From Desulfurococcaceae archaeon (GTDB taxonomy: Archaea; Thermoproteota; Thermoprotei_A; Sulfolobales; Desulfurococcaceae), in the NCBI GenBank assembly GCA_038816475.1, contig JAWBAI010000004.1, positions 45,534-109,533 of the forward strand: a DNA stretch of 64,000 bases, in the 5' to 3' direction. Below, one piece after another: positions 25,479 through 35,683 of this stretch. The position numbers were made by a program, and so were the translations under genes. Below the pieces are notes generated by a model that was given only the letters and a program-made list of their open reading frames with translations, had not been told where the DNA came from and ran no database searches. Each line of letters opens with the position of its first letter. Position 1 is the stretch's first letter.

Positions 25479-26783
25479 TTACTCAATATAATCTCCTGTG
25501 CTGATCTTGTGGGGTATGTATTCATCGGCAAGGAACTTTAAACCTTTGCCGGCTAATGCTTCTATCTCCACCTTGCTCAGAGTATTAAAGAACACGCAAA
25601 GTTCCCTGATCCACGTTGGTGTTGAAAACCATGGATAACCGCTAATACCTTCCTTTTTCTTGATCTTCGTTTTTACCTCGGAGCTTTCTATACAAAGATC
25701 AGCTATCTTGTAACCAGCAAGTTCAACAGCTCTTTCTACATCTTTAGTTTTTGCTCTGATAATGAAATTTCTTCTCTCGGATTCACTTAGGTATGGTTTC
25801 TTTCGTGGAAGGTTAGATATGCCGGGTGCTATTTCCTCTAGGGCGTTTTTTACGCGATGATCGCTTGCTAGTTTTCTAAAGACTTCGTCGCCGAAGATGT
25901 CTGTCATGGCCACTCCTATGAACTTTGCACTAGGCACAGCGAGTCTTTCGCTTTCATATGAAAGTGTAATACTGCCCACTTTGAATACACTGTATATGTA
26001 GAATCCATAAGGGTCGCTATCCGTCAGAATATATACTGGTAACTTGAACTCTTCGTTCAGTCTTCTCACAAATCTTCTAGTTGCTCTATCAGGTTGACCT
26101 GCACTAGTTACAAGTATGGCTTTATGCTTTCTCCAGAATCCATATCTGTGTAACTGTTGAAAAACAGCGTCCTTCTCAACGACAAGAACGTACTCAGCAT
26201 CGATGTCTACAAAATCTATTAAGTCCGGGGTAGGTTCAATGGCGTACGCTCCATGACCCATTTTGCTGAGGTCTATGGTATCATCGCCACTCTTAATGAT
26301 AAGGTTTCCAACAACTTTTCCTTTTTCCTTGCTCAGTATGAGCAAATCTTCTCTAAGTACGTTCAAGTATACTTCCAGGTCTCTTATGACGCTATCAGAC
26401 TCGTTTTGTTCATCCCACGTGTTCTCGTGAGATCTCTTTCCATCTATCGTTGTGTAGCTTATAGTGTGCTTACCTCTGTAGTAAAGATCACGTATTGTTG
26501 GATACTCGTTGTTCGCGAGAGCTTCATATATAATGGAAGCCATTAGAACAGTCTGCATGAACTTCTTTGCTTCATTAACGTTTAAGATACTTCTTCTCTG
26601 TGTATCGGGGCCGAGTAGTAAAATCTTGTTCCTGTAGTCGTATATTGTGTTTGTAAGCGTTCTTTTGGGTATTATCAGAATTGGTTTACCTCCTTCGACT
26701 ACTTGATCAGCTAGTTTTTTAAACGATACTTTTATGAGCTCCTTAGCCTTCTCTCTAGCTTTGATATCTATTCCTGATACCAT
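25479..26783 (-). CDS. top6A: DNA topoisomerase VI subunit A
   Basis: TIRDLYY catalytic Tyr, VVEKDAVF, TOPRIM DSDPYG, KVEIEAL. Confidence 0.96.
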   Translation of the reverse strand: MVSGIDIKAREKAKELIKVSFKKLADQVVEGGKPILIIPKRTLTNTIYDYRNKILLLGPDTQRRSILNVNEAKKFMQTVLMASIIYEALANNEYPTIRDLYYRGKHTISYTTIDGKRSHENTWDEQNESDSVIRDLEVYLNVLREDLLILSKEKGKVVGNLIIKSGDDTIDLSKMGHGAYAIEPTPDLIDFVDIDAEYVLVVEKDAVFQQLHRYGFWRKHKAILVTSAGQPDRATRRFVRRLNEEFKLPVYILTDSDPYGFYIYSVFKVGSITLSYESERLAVPSAKFIGVAMTDIFGDEVFRKLASDHRVKNALEEIAPGISNLPRKKPYLSESERRNFIIRAKTKDVERAVELAGYKIADLCIESSEVKTKIKKKEGISGYPWFSTPTWIRELCVFFNTLSKVEIEALAGKGLKFLADEYIPHKISTGDYIE

Positions 26784-26792
26784 CCTTTCACC

Positions 26793-28394
26793 CTACGTTT
26801 CAATTTCAACAGACTTTACAACCCGGAGTATGAGGTCTCGCGAAATACCTGTTTTCTTCGAGATAATTTCTACTAGGTTTTCGACAAGCTTATTTCTGAG
26901 CTCGGTGTTGATGTGTGGATTGCTACTACCTTGACCTAGTATAACTGTAAGGCTTCTGGCTACCTCCGGAATGTACTTTGCGATCATCTCCACTCTCTTC
27001 TTTGCTTCCTCTTCTCTGAGCTTTTTAGCCAAGTATAACCTTAATTTTCTCGCGACTTCCTGTATAGCGGTTCTTATCTCTCTATGTAGCTCAGGTATAT
27101 CAGCGATACTCTCCTTACCTACACCTTTGAACGGGACTTTGGTACTGCATATGTGAACCATGAGTACAATAGGAGCTGGGAATGTTACCAGGTAGTTTTG
27201 CCAGTCGACTTCGTCTTTAGCTACCTGCGTGATTACGTCAGATCCCTCGTCGTAGAGCAGAGGTATTTTGTTAGCGTACCTTAGTATTAGAGGGTACTCT
27301 TCGCTAATCGGTACTCCACCTCCGTAGGCTATTCCAGCTTCAACTATGAATGGGTGTCCACCATACGAGCTGGGTTTACGGGTAACAGCCTCCGCAAACT
27401 CAGCGTCGAAGAAAATCTTTAATCCTGTTTTTATCACTTCTTCCCCGAGTGGTGATAGCGCCTTTGGTGAAGGAGGTTTATACTTGTTATAGGATTTAAT
27501 AACATTGAGTAGTTTCAATAGTTCTTCCTGACTTAGCTCTTCTGGCTTTTTGCTGGGATCCACACCACTCAGTTCTACTAATCGGCTTGCGGTGATTTTA
27601 CCTACGCCCTGCAATCCGTTGATCAAGGCTTCATGTACGGTTGAGTAGCCTGATCTCATTATGCTAGCCAAGAGTTCGAGGTCTATACCCAGGGGGTGAG
27701 GCTTTGTTTCAATAGGTGGTCTTGGAACCTTATTTATCGTTCTCGGATAGTACAGCGTTTCGTCTTCAGGAGTTACAAGAACCATGCTGACATAGGGTAA
27801 TGCTATAGCTGTTCTTTGTACGTACTCTAAAATCCTCAGCTTAGCTCTGTTCCAATCACCTTCGATGGTTACAGAAACGATGGTTCCATGCCATTTCTTT
27901 GCTTTTCTCCAGCTACAGGCTTCGAGCACAACGGGCTCGTTCTTGCCTATATCTATTTTCAGTTTAAAGTAGTAAGTTCGTCTAAAGTCCCTCTTACTGG
28001 TTATCACCTCTACTGGTTGACCAGTAGTCATCTGAGCGTAGAGAACCACCATTTTAATGCCTAAACCAAACATCCCGCGCGTTTGCCTCATAACATATTT
28101 ACTACCGAACAGTACTCTACCAAAGGCGTTGGGTACAACATTTGGTGGAATACCAATACCATTGTCTTCAACGGTTATTCTATAGAAGTCATGGGATTCG
28201 TCAACCCTTGTGATATTGATTCTGACATCGGGGAGAATACCGTGAGCATCCGTAGCATCGAGAGCGTTTTCAACAAGTTCTCTTATCGTTTGATACATAG
28301 CTCTAGCCGGATTTGAAAAGCCGGCGATCTCTCTGTACTTGTAGAAGAACTCGGCTGGGCTTATTGCTTTATATGTCTCAGTTAAATCGCTCAT
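26793..28394 (-). CDS. top6B: DNA topoisomerase VI subunit B
   Basis: ISPAEFF, RELVENALDA, EDNGIGIP, QTRGMFGLG, RYANKIPLL, GKESIA. Confidence 0.97.
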   Translation of the reverse strand: MSDLTETYKAISPAEFFYKYREIAGFSNPARAMYQTIRELVENALDATDAHGILPDVRINITRVDESHDFYRITVEDNGIGIPPNVVPNAFGRVLFGSKYVMRQTRGMFGLGIKMVVLYAQMTTGQPVEVITSKRDFRRTYYFKLKIDIGKNEPVVLEACSWRKAKKWHGTIVSVTIEGDWNRAKLRILEYVQRTAIALPYVSMVLVTPEDETLYYPRTINKVPRPPIETKPHPLGIDLELLASIMRSGYSTVHEALINGLQGVGKITASRLVELSGVDPSKKPEELSQEELLKLLNVIKSYNKYKPPSPKALSPLGEEVIKTGLKIFFDAEFAEAVTRKPSSYGGHPFIVEAGIAYGGGVPISEEYPLILRYANKIPLLYDEGSDVITQVAKDEVDWQNYLVTFPAPIVLMVHICSTKVPFKGVGKESIADIPELHREIRTAIQEVARKLRLYLAKKLREEEAKKRVEMIAKYIPEVARSLTVILGQGSSNPHINTELRNKLVENLVEIISKKTGISRDLILRVVKSVEIET

Positions 28395-28536
28395 ATAAAC
28401 ACCATACTGAATAAACTATCTTCACGGTTAGGTTATAAGCAACTAGAATACTATCGGTTAACTCTACCTGGTACACCTTATAACTTTTACCCGTGAACCC
28501 GCTTCAAAAACACCCATTCTTTATTGGGATTCAACC

Positions 28537-28929
28537 ATGAAGGGGGTTTCGGGAATAGTTGCAACGGGTATCTTACTAGCGTTAACAATAGCTGGCGGCG
28601 TTCTCCTCTACTCGTACATTACCAGGTACTTAACAGTGTTCACTAACTCGGCGGATATTGTAATTACGAACGCGTACTACATTAAATCACTGAACAAACT
28701 CTACGTTACAGTAAGGAACGTAGGTTTAACTCCAACAACTGTGACAGGAGTTGAAGTCATACTAGTAAACAGAAGCATTTCAGCTAGTAATCAAACATAT
28801 GATATCCCAGCAGGTGGAGAACGAACCATAGAAGTAAACGTCGATCTCACAGAGACACCTCTCTACGTTGTTGTACGCTACGACAGAGACAGGCGAACGG
28901 ATCCATACACGGTAAGGGTATTTGGCTGA
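28537..28929 (+). CDS. Archaeal type IV pilin
   Basis: Class III signal peptide MKG|VSGIVATGILLALTIAGG followed by a small beta domain (VTVRNVG). Confidence 0.88.
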   Translation: MKGVSGIVATGILLALTIAGGVLLYSYITRYLTVFTNSADIVITNAYYIKSLNKLYVTVRNVGLTPTTVTGVEVILVNRSISASNQTYDIPAGGERTIEVNVDLTETPLYVVVRYDRDRRTDPYTVRVFG

Positions 28930-28947
28930 TAAACACAGGTGTAATCA

Positions 28948-30474
28948 ATGAAGATCTTCAAAAGATTTTTTTCTAGATCTTTTCTTTCTTCTTTTAAATT
29001 TAGCTTATCCATTCCTTATGCAAGCAAGAACATTGATCCCACAACCTCGAACATTTTGAATATGCTACTCGAAAACCACCTCAAAGGTTACAATATTGAG
29101 AACGTAAGCCTGGACAGCATTCTATATACCTACAGTTTGCATAACGTTGTTGAAATCTCTGTTGGAGAACTCGGTAATGAGGTTTTCTACGTTGTTAAGG
29201 AGCCGACGTACGATAACGAGGTTTTAGCTCAGGTTACACGAGAACTCTCTAGTAGAGTTTTCTCCGACGAACAGGTTATTTCTAGCATAAAATCTATGCT
29301 CGAGAAGAAAGAGCTCAAACCTACTGACTACATATACTTCAAAGTAACAAGCGGTCTTGGTCCTCTCACACCTCTTGTTCTAGACCCTCACGTCGAGGAT
29401 ATTCATTTGAGTAAGTCTTCTGGCAGAATTTACGTTGTTCACAATTCTTTTTCTTGGATTGGCTGGTTAAAGACTAACATAATAGTTAAACCAGAGCTAG
29501 TAGATCAGCTGGTTCTCGCTCTATCTAGAAGAGCTGGAAAACACGTATCTCTTGTTCAACCACTCGTCGAGGGATCACTAGAGGGTGTTCTGAGAGCTAG
29601 TTTGGTTTACGGTGGAAGCATAGCGCAACTTGGTAGTAGCATAGTACTAAGGAAGAAGAGTGGGGCAGTTCACACCATCACAAAACTGATTAACGAGGGA
29701 ACAATATCATCCGCGGTTGCAGCATACCTTTGGCTTGTGATAGAGAACAAGGGTTGGATCGTAATCGCAGGCCACGTCGGCTCTGGGAAAACCACCTTGC
29801 TTCAAGCACTTCTGAGCCTTATACCAGGGAACAAAAAGGTCATCACAATAGAGGATTCCCCTGAAGTCTACGTTCCAAGCGAATTATGGGACTCTTTCGT
29901 TGAAAACTACGAGGTTTTTTCGAGATTACCTCAGGTGGATGCTTTCGCGCTTCTCAAATTTGCCCTTCGAAGAAGAGCAGACTATATAGTTATTGGCGAA
30001 GTTAGAGGAGCTGAAGCGAGGTTATTGGTTCAAGCTTCGAGATTAGGTCATGGTGTACTGAATACCATACATGCTGATGGTGCACAGTCTGTTCTTGAAA
30101 GACTCATGGCATCTCCAATATCAATTCCAAAAAATCTTCTTGGTAACATATGGACGATTGTGCTAACAGAACTTGTTGGTAAAACAAGAAAAGTGGCAAG
30201 TATTACAGAAGTAAGCAACGACGTAGAGTTGGTCGAAATATGCAGTTCCTTGGTACCATGTAGCTTAGAGAATATTGCTCAGAGGTCTGTTAGGCTCGCT
30301 AAGATCTACAATAGTGAAGAACTGTATCAGGAACTTGCTCGTAGAGCGATCTTCCTAGAAAAACTTGTCTCCGAGGGTGTTTTTGCACCAGAAGCACTAG
30401 CACGTAGGCTCTTCGAGTTTTATGCGGAAAAACATCTGGAGGTCGAAGAGCTTGTTGCTAAGAGTACTCGGTAA
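28948..30474 (+). CDS. Type IV pilus assembly ATPase (VirB11/TadA/UpsE-like)
   Basis: LDPHVEDI, GHVGSGKTT, ITIEDSPE, IVIGEVRGAE, GHGVLNTIHA. Confidence 0.93.
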   Translation: MKIFKRFFSRSFLSSFKFSLSIPYASKNIDPTTSNILNMLLENHLKGYNIENVSLDSILYTYSLHNVVEISVGELGNEVFYVVKEPTYDNEVLAQVTRELSSRVFSDEQVISSIKSMLEKKELKPTDYIYFKVTSGLGPLTPLVLDPHVEDIHLSKSSGRIYVVHNSFSWIGWLKTNIIVKPELVDQLVLALSRRAGKHVSLVQPLVEGSLEGVLRASLVYGGSIAQLGSSIVLRKKSGAVHTITKLINEGTISSAVAAYLWLVIENKGWIVIAGHVGSGKTTLLQALLSLIPGNKKVITIEDSPEVYVPSELWDSFVENYEVFSRLPQVDAFALLKFALRRRADYIVIGEVRGAEARLLVQASRLGHGVLNTIHADGAQSVLERLMASPISIPKNLLGNIWTIVLTELVGKTRKVASITEVSNDVELVEICSSLVPCSLENIAQRSVRLAKIYNSEELYQELARRAIFLEKLVSEGVFAPEALARRLFEFYAEKHLEVEELVAKSTR

Positions 30475-31726
30475 GAGGAGATTTCTACATAAATGCTACG
30501 ATGATATGTTCCTCGACTTTCTCGTGCAACTAGCAAGCTTTGAATCTAGTGGTTTAAAGATCTATCACTTGTTCGAAAGCATTAGAAGAGGTGATATCGA
30601 GCTTGGTGAGTGCTACAGCGCTCTCTCGAACCAGTATACTGTACTAGAGAGTTCTCTAGGTGCACCTCACCTGGCTTTGAGAAAGATTGCTGAATCTGTA
30701 CCTTTCTTAGAGCTCTCTAAATTTCTGAGAGATTACAGTACCGTGCTGGTTACTAGTGGTAATACGAAGTACTTCGTTGAATCTATACTTAAGCAGGAGT
30801 TTGCTAGGTTTAGGGCAAAGGTTAATGAGCATCAGAGAGCGCTCGATACGTTGTACGAAGCGTATCTAGTGGGGGTCCTAGTGCTAATGTTCCTCATGGT
30901 GCTACCCATATGGGGTTTGCTCCCGCTTCTTGGACTACTCGTAATCTACGCGCTGGGCGTTACTGGGTACTTCTTCGCGTATAGAATATGCGTAAAGCTC
31001 CATTACACCCTTCCCGGCTACGTAGTATTCAGCGACATTCTCTTCTCAACGCTAGCAGTTGTTCTAGCCTTGTCTTTCGAGGCGATGCTCCTACTACCTG
31101 CACTATTACTTGTTCTACACGTGACTACGAGAAAACACGCTGCTGTGAACAATATTCTCGAGCAGGAATCGTTCCGCGTAATCTACGATACTTACTCGCA
31201 GGTGTTAATGGGTAGACCAGTGAGTACAGCATTGTTGGAGTCCCTAGGTTCCTCCAACTCAGCTCCGTACAGGTTACTCTGGTTTAGTTTAATGCTAGGC
31301 GTTAACCCAAAGAAAGTTTTAAAGATTATTAAGCTTCCAAAACTAGCTTACAAGATACTTCTCTTCTCGCTTGCTACTATGCTTTACAGCTCAGCTGAAG
31401 GTAAGCACCTTGTTCACGCTGTTGACTACTTGGACGAAATCGCATCAGTGAGAAAACAGGTACGCGAGAAGATAAAGCAGTATGTTCTGTACTCCTTTGT
31501 AGTAATTGTTCTTGTGGTAGCAGCCTACATTATGCTATTGAGAATACCACTAGCATCACCCTTAGACAAGCACGCGTTTTCAGCTTACAGTAGTATAGGT
31601 TTTCTAATGGTAATGCAGCCAGCGGTCCTAATCAGAGACGGAGGATTCACTTCTTCGCGAAGCGCGATAGCAGTAGTATTCGCAGCGTTTGCTACGTATT
31701 TGGTGATGATGAACTTAACTATTTAA
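30422..31726 (+). CDS. Type IV pilus membrane platform protein (TadC/FlaJ/UpsF-like)
   Basis: Multi-TM; LASFESSG, duplicated T2SSF-like cytoplasmic segments; directly downstream of the ATPase. Confidence 0.8.
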   Translation: MRKNIWRSKSLLLRVLGKRRFLHKCYDDMFLDFLVQLASFESSGLKIYHLFESIRRGDIELGECYSALSNQYTVLESSLGAPHLALRKIAESVPFLELSKFLRDYSTVLVTSGNTKYFVESILKQEFARFRAKVNEHQRALDTLYEAYLVGVLVLMFLMVLPIWGLLPLLGLLVIYALGVTGYFFAYRICVKLHYTLPGYVVFSDILFSTLAVVLALSFEAMLLLPALLLVLHVTTRKHAAVNNILEQESFRVIYDTYSQVLMGRPVSTALLESLGSSNSAPYRLLWFSLMLGVNPKKVLKIIKLPKLAYKILLFSLATMLYSSAEGKHLVHAVDYLDEIASVRKQVREKIKQYVLYSFVVIVLVVAAYIMLLRIPLASPLDKHAFSAYSSIGFLMVMQPAVLIRDGGFTSSRSAIAVVFAAFATYLVMMNLTI

Positions 31727-32708
31727 GCTCCTCAACTAGAATCTTTGCAATTGTTCTCGCGGCATTAGGGTAAATCCTAGTGGGTTTGTGAGCAAGCTCC
31801 AGAGCTCTCTTTAGCTCCTCTACGTCCGCTCTCTCGATGAAAACTGCTTCTAGCTTCTCAGCGTAGATCTTTACATCATTTTTTGGTGCACCAAGAACAA
31901 CCCTGGGATTCCACACCACTATGACTGGTTTCCCGTAGGCCAAGCTAGCGGTAGCAGCGGTAACTCCTTGCTGGGTAACAACGATGCTTGCATCCGCGAT
32001 CCACCTATGTATATCACTAGTATACCTGAAAACTTTCCACGAAGGGTTTCTCCTGAGGTAGGGCTCTGGATCCACATCTCCTGTTTGCATAACAACATTG
32101 TCTAGTTTTAGTCTCTCAATGGAATCGAACAACTCCTTATACCCAATTGTTCCAGTCGTTACAAGCACATAGCCTTCATCCCTGGGTTCGTAAACGGGAG
32201 GCTCGTAAACTGGCCCAACCACAATCCCCTTTGGAAACATTCTCAGCTGCTCTTCCCAGTGCAGAAACACCTTTGCTCCAAAAAACTCGAGGAACTTAAC
32301 AGCTCTTGAAGGCTTAGAAAAGTGCTCTATCGCTTCAATAGTGTACACTCTTGCTCTCCTGAGAATCATGGCTATTAGAGACGGTGGAATGGAGAAATTG
32401 GATCCACCAGCGAATACAGCTTTAATGTGCTCATTCAATAGTAACTGAGTAGATTGGAAAAACGCCTTAATCCATCTTCCAAGTCCTTTTACTAAGGGCT
32501 CTCCGGGTCTTCTAGGTAGCACCTGGTAGTAAACTCTACCCAAGTTCTTGAACTTCTCAGCTAGGAAAGAGTACTCCTCGGCTACAAGGAAAATACTGTT
32601 CCTAAACCCGGCTTTAGCAAGCTCTATCGCTACAGCATAAACGTAGCCCGAGTGACCTCCGTAGCCTGCAACTAGCAGTATACTGTTTTCCTTCAAGGCG
32701 GCATTCAT
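31719..32708 (-). CDS. Alg14/Alg13-like fused GlcNAc transferase (MurG/Agl24-like, N-glycosylation)
   Basis: GYGGHSG, IEAIE..PSRA, LHWEEQ, VTTGTIG, QTG, VVTQQG. Confidence 0.75.
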   Translation of the reverse strand: MNAALKENSILLVAGYGGHSGYVYAVAIELAKAGFRNSIFLVAEEYSFLAEKFKNLGRVYYQVLPRRPGEPLVKGLGRWIKAFFQSTQLLLNEHIKAVFAGGSNFSIPPSLIAMILRRARVYTIEAIEHFSKPSRAVKFLEFFGAKVFLHWEEQLRMFPKGIVVGPVYEPPVYEPRDEGYVLVTTGTIGYKELFDSIERLKLDNVVMQTGDVDPEPYLRRNPSWKVFRYTSDIHRWIADASIVVTQQGVTAATASLAYGKPVIVVWNPRVVLGAPKNDVKIYAEKLEAVFIERADVEELKRALELAHKPTRIYPNAARTIAKILVEELK

Positions 32709-32785
32709 CTCGACTAAGCGTTCACTATGAATATCAGTGGAATACAGCTCTTATAACAATCGTTCTTAACGAAAATTACCGTATG

Positions 32786-32860
32786 CGGGCCCGCCGGGAT
32801 TTGAACCCGGGTCCTCCGGCTCCGCAGGCCGGCGCCCTCTCCAGGCTAGGCCACGGGCCC
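32786..32860 (-). tRNA. tRNA-Arg(GCG)
   Basis: GGGCCCGTGGCCTAGCCTGGAGAGGGCG-CCGGC-CT-GCG-GA-GCCGG-AGGACCCGGGTTCAAATCCCGG-CGGGCCC-G; no intron. Confidence 0.95.
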
Positions 32861-32886
32861 CTAGTGGTTTTAGGTATTCTTGGTTT

Positions 32887-33570
32887 TTAGTACTTTCGTT
32901 TAAGCATCTTTGAGTAGGAGTCTGCTTCCTGAAGCGGTATTGGTAGTTTTGCTTCTTTGGTAAGCAGGTTTTTAACTATGTTAACAGCGTCCTCCAGATT
33001 CACTTTGTAGCCTATGCTTACGTAGAGTTCAGTGCTTCCGTGTTTCAGTACTTCTCCAACTATTAAGCCGTGCGCTCTAATAAGTCTTCTCCCGCAGCTC
33101 TCTACTATTTCACCGTACAGCTTCTTTTTAGCTACACCTATGCTGGGCTTCTCGAGAACTAGCCCAATGTGAGTTGCTATACCGAAGGCTCTGGGATGCG
33201 CCAAGCCATGTCCATCTACGAGTATAACATCGGGTTTCACCGTGAGCTTTGAGTACGCTCTCATGTACCCTGGAACTTCTCTGAACGCTAGTAACCCCGG
33301 TATGTATGGAACACGAGCTTCAACTATACTGAACGCCTTCTCCACGATGTTTCGTGAACTCGTATCGTAGATTACTATTGCAGCGTACTGTTTGCTGTCC
33401 TTATAGGCCGAGTCAAAGCCAGCTATAAACCTTATCTTGCTCAGATCAAGGTGCGTGCCTTCGCGAATACTTAGGAGAGCTTTCTCGGAGAGAACTTTCT
33501 GTAGCATCATAGCTCTCTCAACGCTGAAACTCACAGTTAAACACCGGTGCAGTTGTTTCGCATCAATCAT
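32887..33570 (-). CDS. nfi: Endonuclease V
   Basis: AGFDSAY, PYIPGLLAFRE, VDGHGLAHPRAFGIATH, SIGVAKK, LYVSIG; real start probably ~20 codons in. Confidence 0.95.
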   Translation of the reverse strand: MIDAKQLHRCLTVSFSVERAMMLQKVLSEKALLSIREGTHLDLSKIRFIAGFDSAYKDSKQYAAIVIYDTSSRNIVEKAFSIVEARVPYIPGLLAFREVPGYMRAYSKLTVKPDVILVDGHGLAHPRAFGIATHIGLVLEKPSIGVAKKKLYGEIVESCGRRLIRAHGLIVGEVLKHGSTELYVSIGYKVNLEDAVNIVKNLLTKEAKLPIPLQEADSYSKMLKRKY

Positions 33571-33635
33571 GCTGTTTTTAATGGAAAGTATTATTAAGTA
33601 TAATTCATGTGCTTTAGGTATTTGTTAACTCTGGT

Positions 33636-34199
33636 GTGAACTTGAAGTACAAGAGATCAAAGCTCGCTGATATATTTAACGTGCTTCACAGGTGGAAGAT
33701 AAACGGAGTTGTAATAGGTGACACATCCGTTCAGCTGCACTTGAACTACCCAGAACTCGACGGAGACATTGATGTTTTTACACTAGATTTTAGCCCCCTA
33801 TCGGAGAGGGAGAAACTAGAAGAAATTGCAGCGGAGCAAGGATGGGAGTTGACAACATCAGAAATAGGTTTACCGGCGCTAGTGGTCCCTTTGGAGGAAG
33901 GCTACGTGCTTATTGAGTTCTACGAGAACTACATGGACATAGATATACCGATGGAGCTTCTCGAGGACTCAGTCGAGTACAGAATAGACTCAACGAGAAT
34001 AAAGTCCATTAGACCGGAGTACTATCTCGTTTTAAAAGCAAGGCAAGGTACAGACCTTGACAAGCTCGAGAAATACCTAGCAGAGCTTAAACGCAGAGGC
34101 TTCAACCTGAAGCTAGTTGAATACGCAGTATCACTGTACCCACCTGAGGAGCAAGAACTTATATACGAGAGGTTGAGAAGTGTTAAGCTAGAAGTTTAG
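33636..34199 (+). CDS. Nucleotidyltransferase-fold protein
   Basis: GVVIGD..DGDIDVF motif, YYLVLKAR. Confidence 0.75.
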   Translation: MNLKYKRSKLADIFNVLHRWKINGVVIGDTSVQLHLNYPELDGDIDVFTLDFSPLSEREKLEEIAAEQGWELTTSEIGLPALVVPLEEGYVLIEFYENYMDIDIPMELLEDSVEYRIDSTRIKSIRPEYYLVLKARQGTDLDKLEKYLAELKRRGFNLKLVEYAVSLYPPEEQELIYERLRSVKLEV

Positions 34200-34235
34200 C
34201 TTTAAAATCCCTATTACGGGTATATGAGGTAGTAG

Positions 34236-34421
34236 GTGCTTACTATGCCAATAAACGACCCCGAGTTGCTGAAAATAGTGCATCTGCGTGTTTTGAACAA
34301 GTACGTGTGCAGAAAGTGTGGTGCATTAAACCCGCCGGGAGCAGAGAAGTGCAGAAGATGCAAGTCCAAGGGTACACTGAGGCCAAAGAAGCTGATGAAG
34401 GCAGGTCCTAAATCTAAGTAA
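34236..34421 (+). CDS. rpl40e: 50S ribosomal protein L40e
   Basis: [26 protein letters not shown]. Confidence 0.96.
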   Translation: MLTMPINDPELLKIVHLRVLNKYVCRKCGALNPPGAEKCRRCKSKGTLRPKKLMKAGPKSK

Positions 34422-34495
34422 TTACAATGTTAACAGTTGTTAGTGGAATACCACGTGGTGTAAGGTTGTGAGCTTTTAGCTATACCGATGAACAG

Positions 34496-35596
34496 TTGGA
34501 AAAGCTAAGAGTCGACAAGCAAAAGCTTAGAGAAATAATAAGAGAGCTTTCTACTTGGAGAGCTCATGCAACAATACTACTAAGTTTGTACATTCCACCG
34601 GGAAGACCCATAAGCGATGTTCTCGCTCTCCTAAGACAGGAGATCTCCGTAGCCGAGAACATCAAACTCAAACGTACAAGGAACGCTGTTGAGTGGGCGC
34701 TAAACATAGCCTATGATAGGTTAAGCAAGATACCCAAAGCACCAGATAAGGGATTAGTACTGTTTGCAGGTATGAATCCCGACACAGGTGAGTCAACTGT
34801 AGTGATGCTTATACCTCCTGAGCCCGTACCCGTATTCTTCTACAGAACGGACAAGGTATTTCACGTAGAGTTCCTGGAGGAAATGGTCTCGGAGAGCAAC
34901 ATAATTGGTATTCTCCTGATCGAGAGAGATGCTGCAACTATAGGTCTTCTCAAGGGTAATAGATTGGAGGTTGTTGATGAACTGGAAGGATATGTTCCCG
35001 GTAAACACCACAAAGGTGGTCAAAGCCAGAGGAGATTTGACAGGATCATAGAGCAAATGGTAGAAGAATTCTACAAGGATGTTGGCGAAAGAGCAAACCA
35101 GGTGTTTCTACCATTACTGGAGCAGGGTAAACTGAAAGCAATAATTATCGGTGGACCCGCGTATGCAAAGTACGATTTCCTACAGGGCAACTACTTGGAC
35201 TATAGGTTAAAGCAAATAGTACTACCAGAGCTCATAGACGTAGCCTACCAAGGTGAAGCTGGACTAAGAGAGCTAATCATGAAAGCGGGAGATCTACTAA
35301 AAGACCAAGAGTACGCTGAATCTTTGAAGCACCTGGAAGAGTTCAAGTACCACCTGGCAAAGGATGATGGACTTATTGTTTACGGCGAAGAGGAGGTTAA
35401 ACTAGCATTACAGCAGGGATTATTAAAAGTTTTACTTGTAAGCGATTCACGAAACGATGTTACATCATGGCTTGAAGAAGCTTCATCAAAGAACGTGAAG
35501 GTTGTTGTAATAAGCAAGGATCTTCCAGAGGGTGAGTGGTTTTCCAGAACATTCGGTGGAATAGCTGGTATTTTAAGGTTTCGAACGTACGAGTAG
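34496..35596 (+). CDS. prf1: Peptide chain release factor aRF1
   Basis: LLSLYIPP, NIK, KHHKGGQSQRRF, FGGIAGILRF. Confidence 0.97.
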   Translation: MEKLRVDKQKLREIIRELSTWRAHATILLSLYIPPGRPISDVLALLRQEISVAENIKLKRTRNAVEWALNIAYDRLSKIPKAPDKGLVLFAGMNPDTGESTVVMLIPPEPVPVFFYRTDKVFHVEFLEEMVSESNIIGILLIERDAATIGLLKGNRLEVVDELEGYVPGKHHKGGQSQRRFDRIIEQMVEEFYKDVGERANQVFLPLLEQGKLKAIIIGGPAYAKYDFLQGNYLDYRLKQIVLPELIDVAYQGEAGLRELIMKAGDLLKDQEYAESLKHLEEFKYHLAKDDGLIVYGEEEVKLALQQGLLKVLLVSDSRNDVTSWLEEASSKNVKVVVISKDLPEGEWFSRTFGGIAGILRFRTYE

Positions 35597-35630
35597 CAGA
35601 GCTCGAGATCTCACGGATTCAAAAAGGAAT

Positions 35631-35657
35631 AGTTTCATCAAGCTCTCCTTGACTTAA
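35631..35657 (+). promoter_or_regulatory. Putative DNA-damage-responsive promoter (AGTTTC-N6-CTCTCCT-N4-TTAA)
   Basis: AGTTTC ATCAAG CTCTCCT TGAC TTAA, 53 nt upstream of ATG 35684; same layout as upstream of cedA1. Confidence 0.55.
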
Positions 35658-35683
35658 CCTATACCATCTTTAAACGGGGTTCC

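Noticed and set aside
28537-31726. Archaellum operon
   Set aside because: No flaF/G/H/X genes, and the filament protein is pilin-sized
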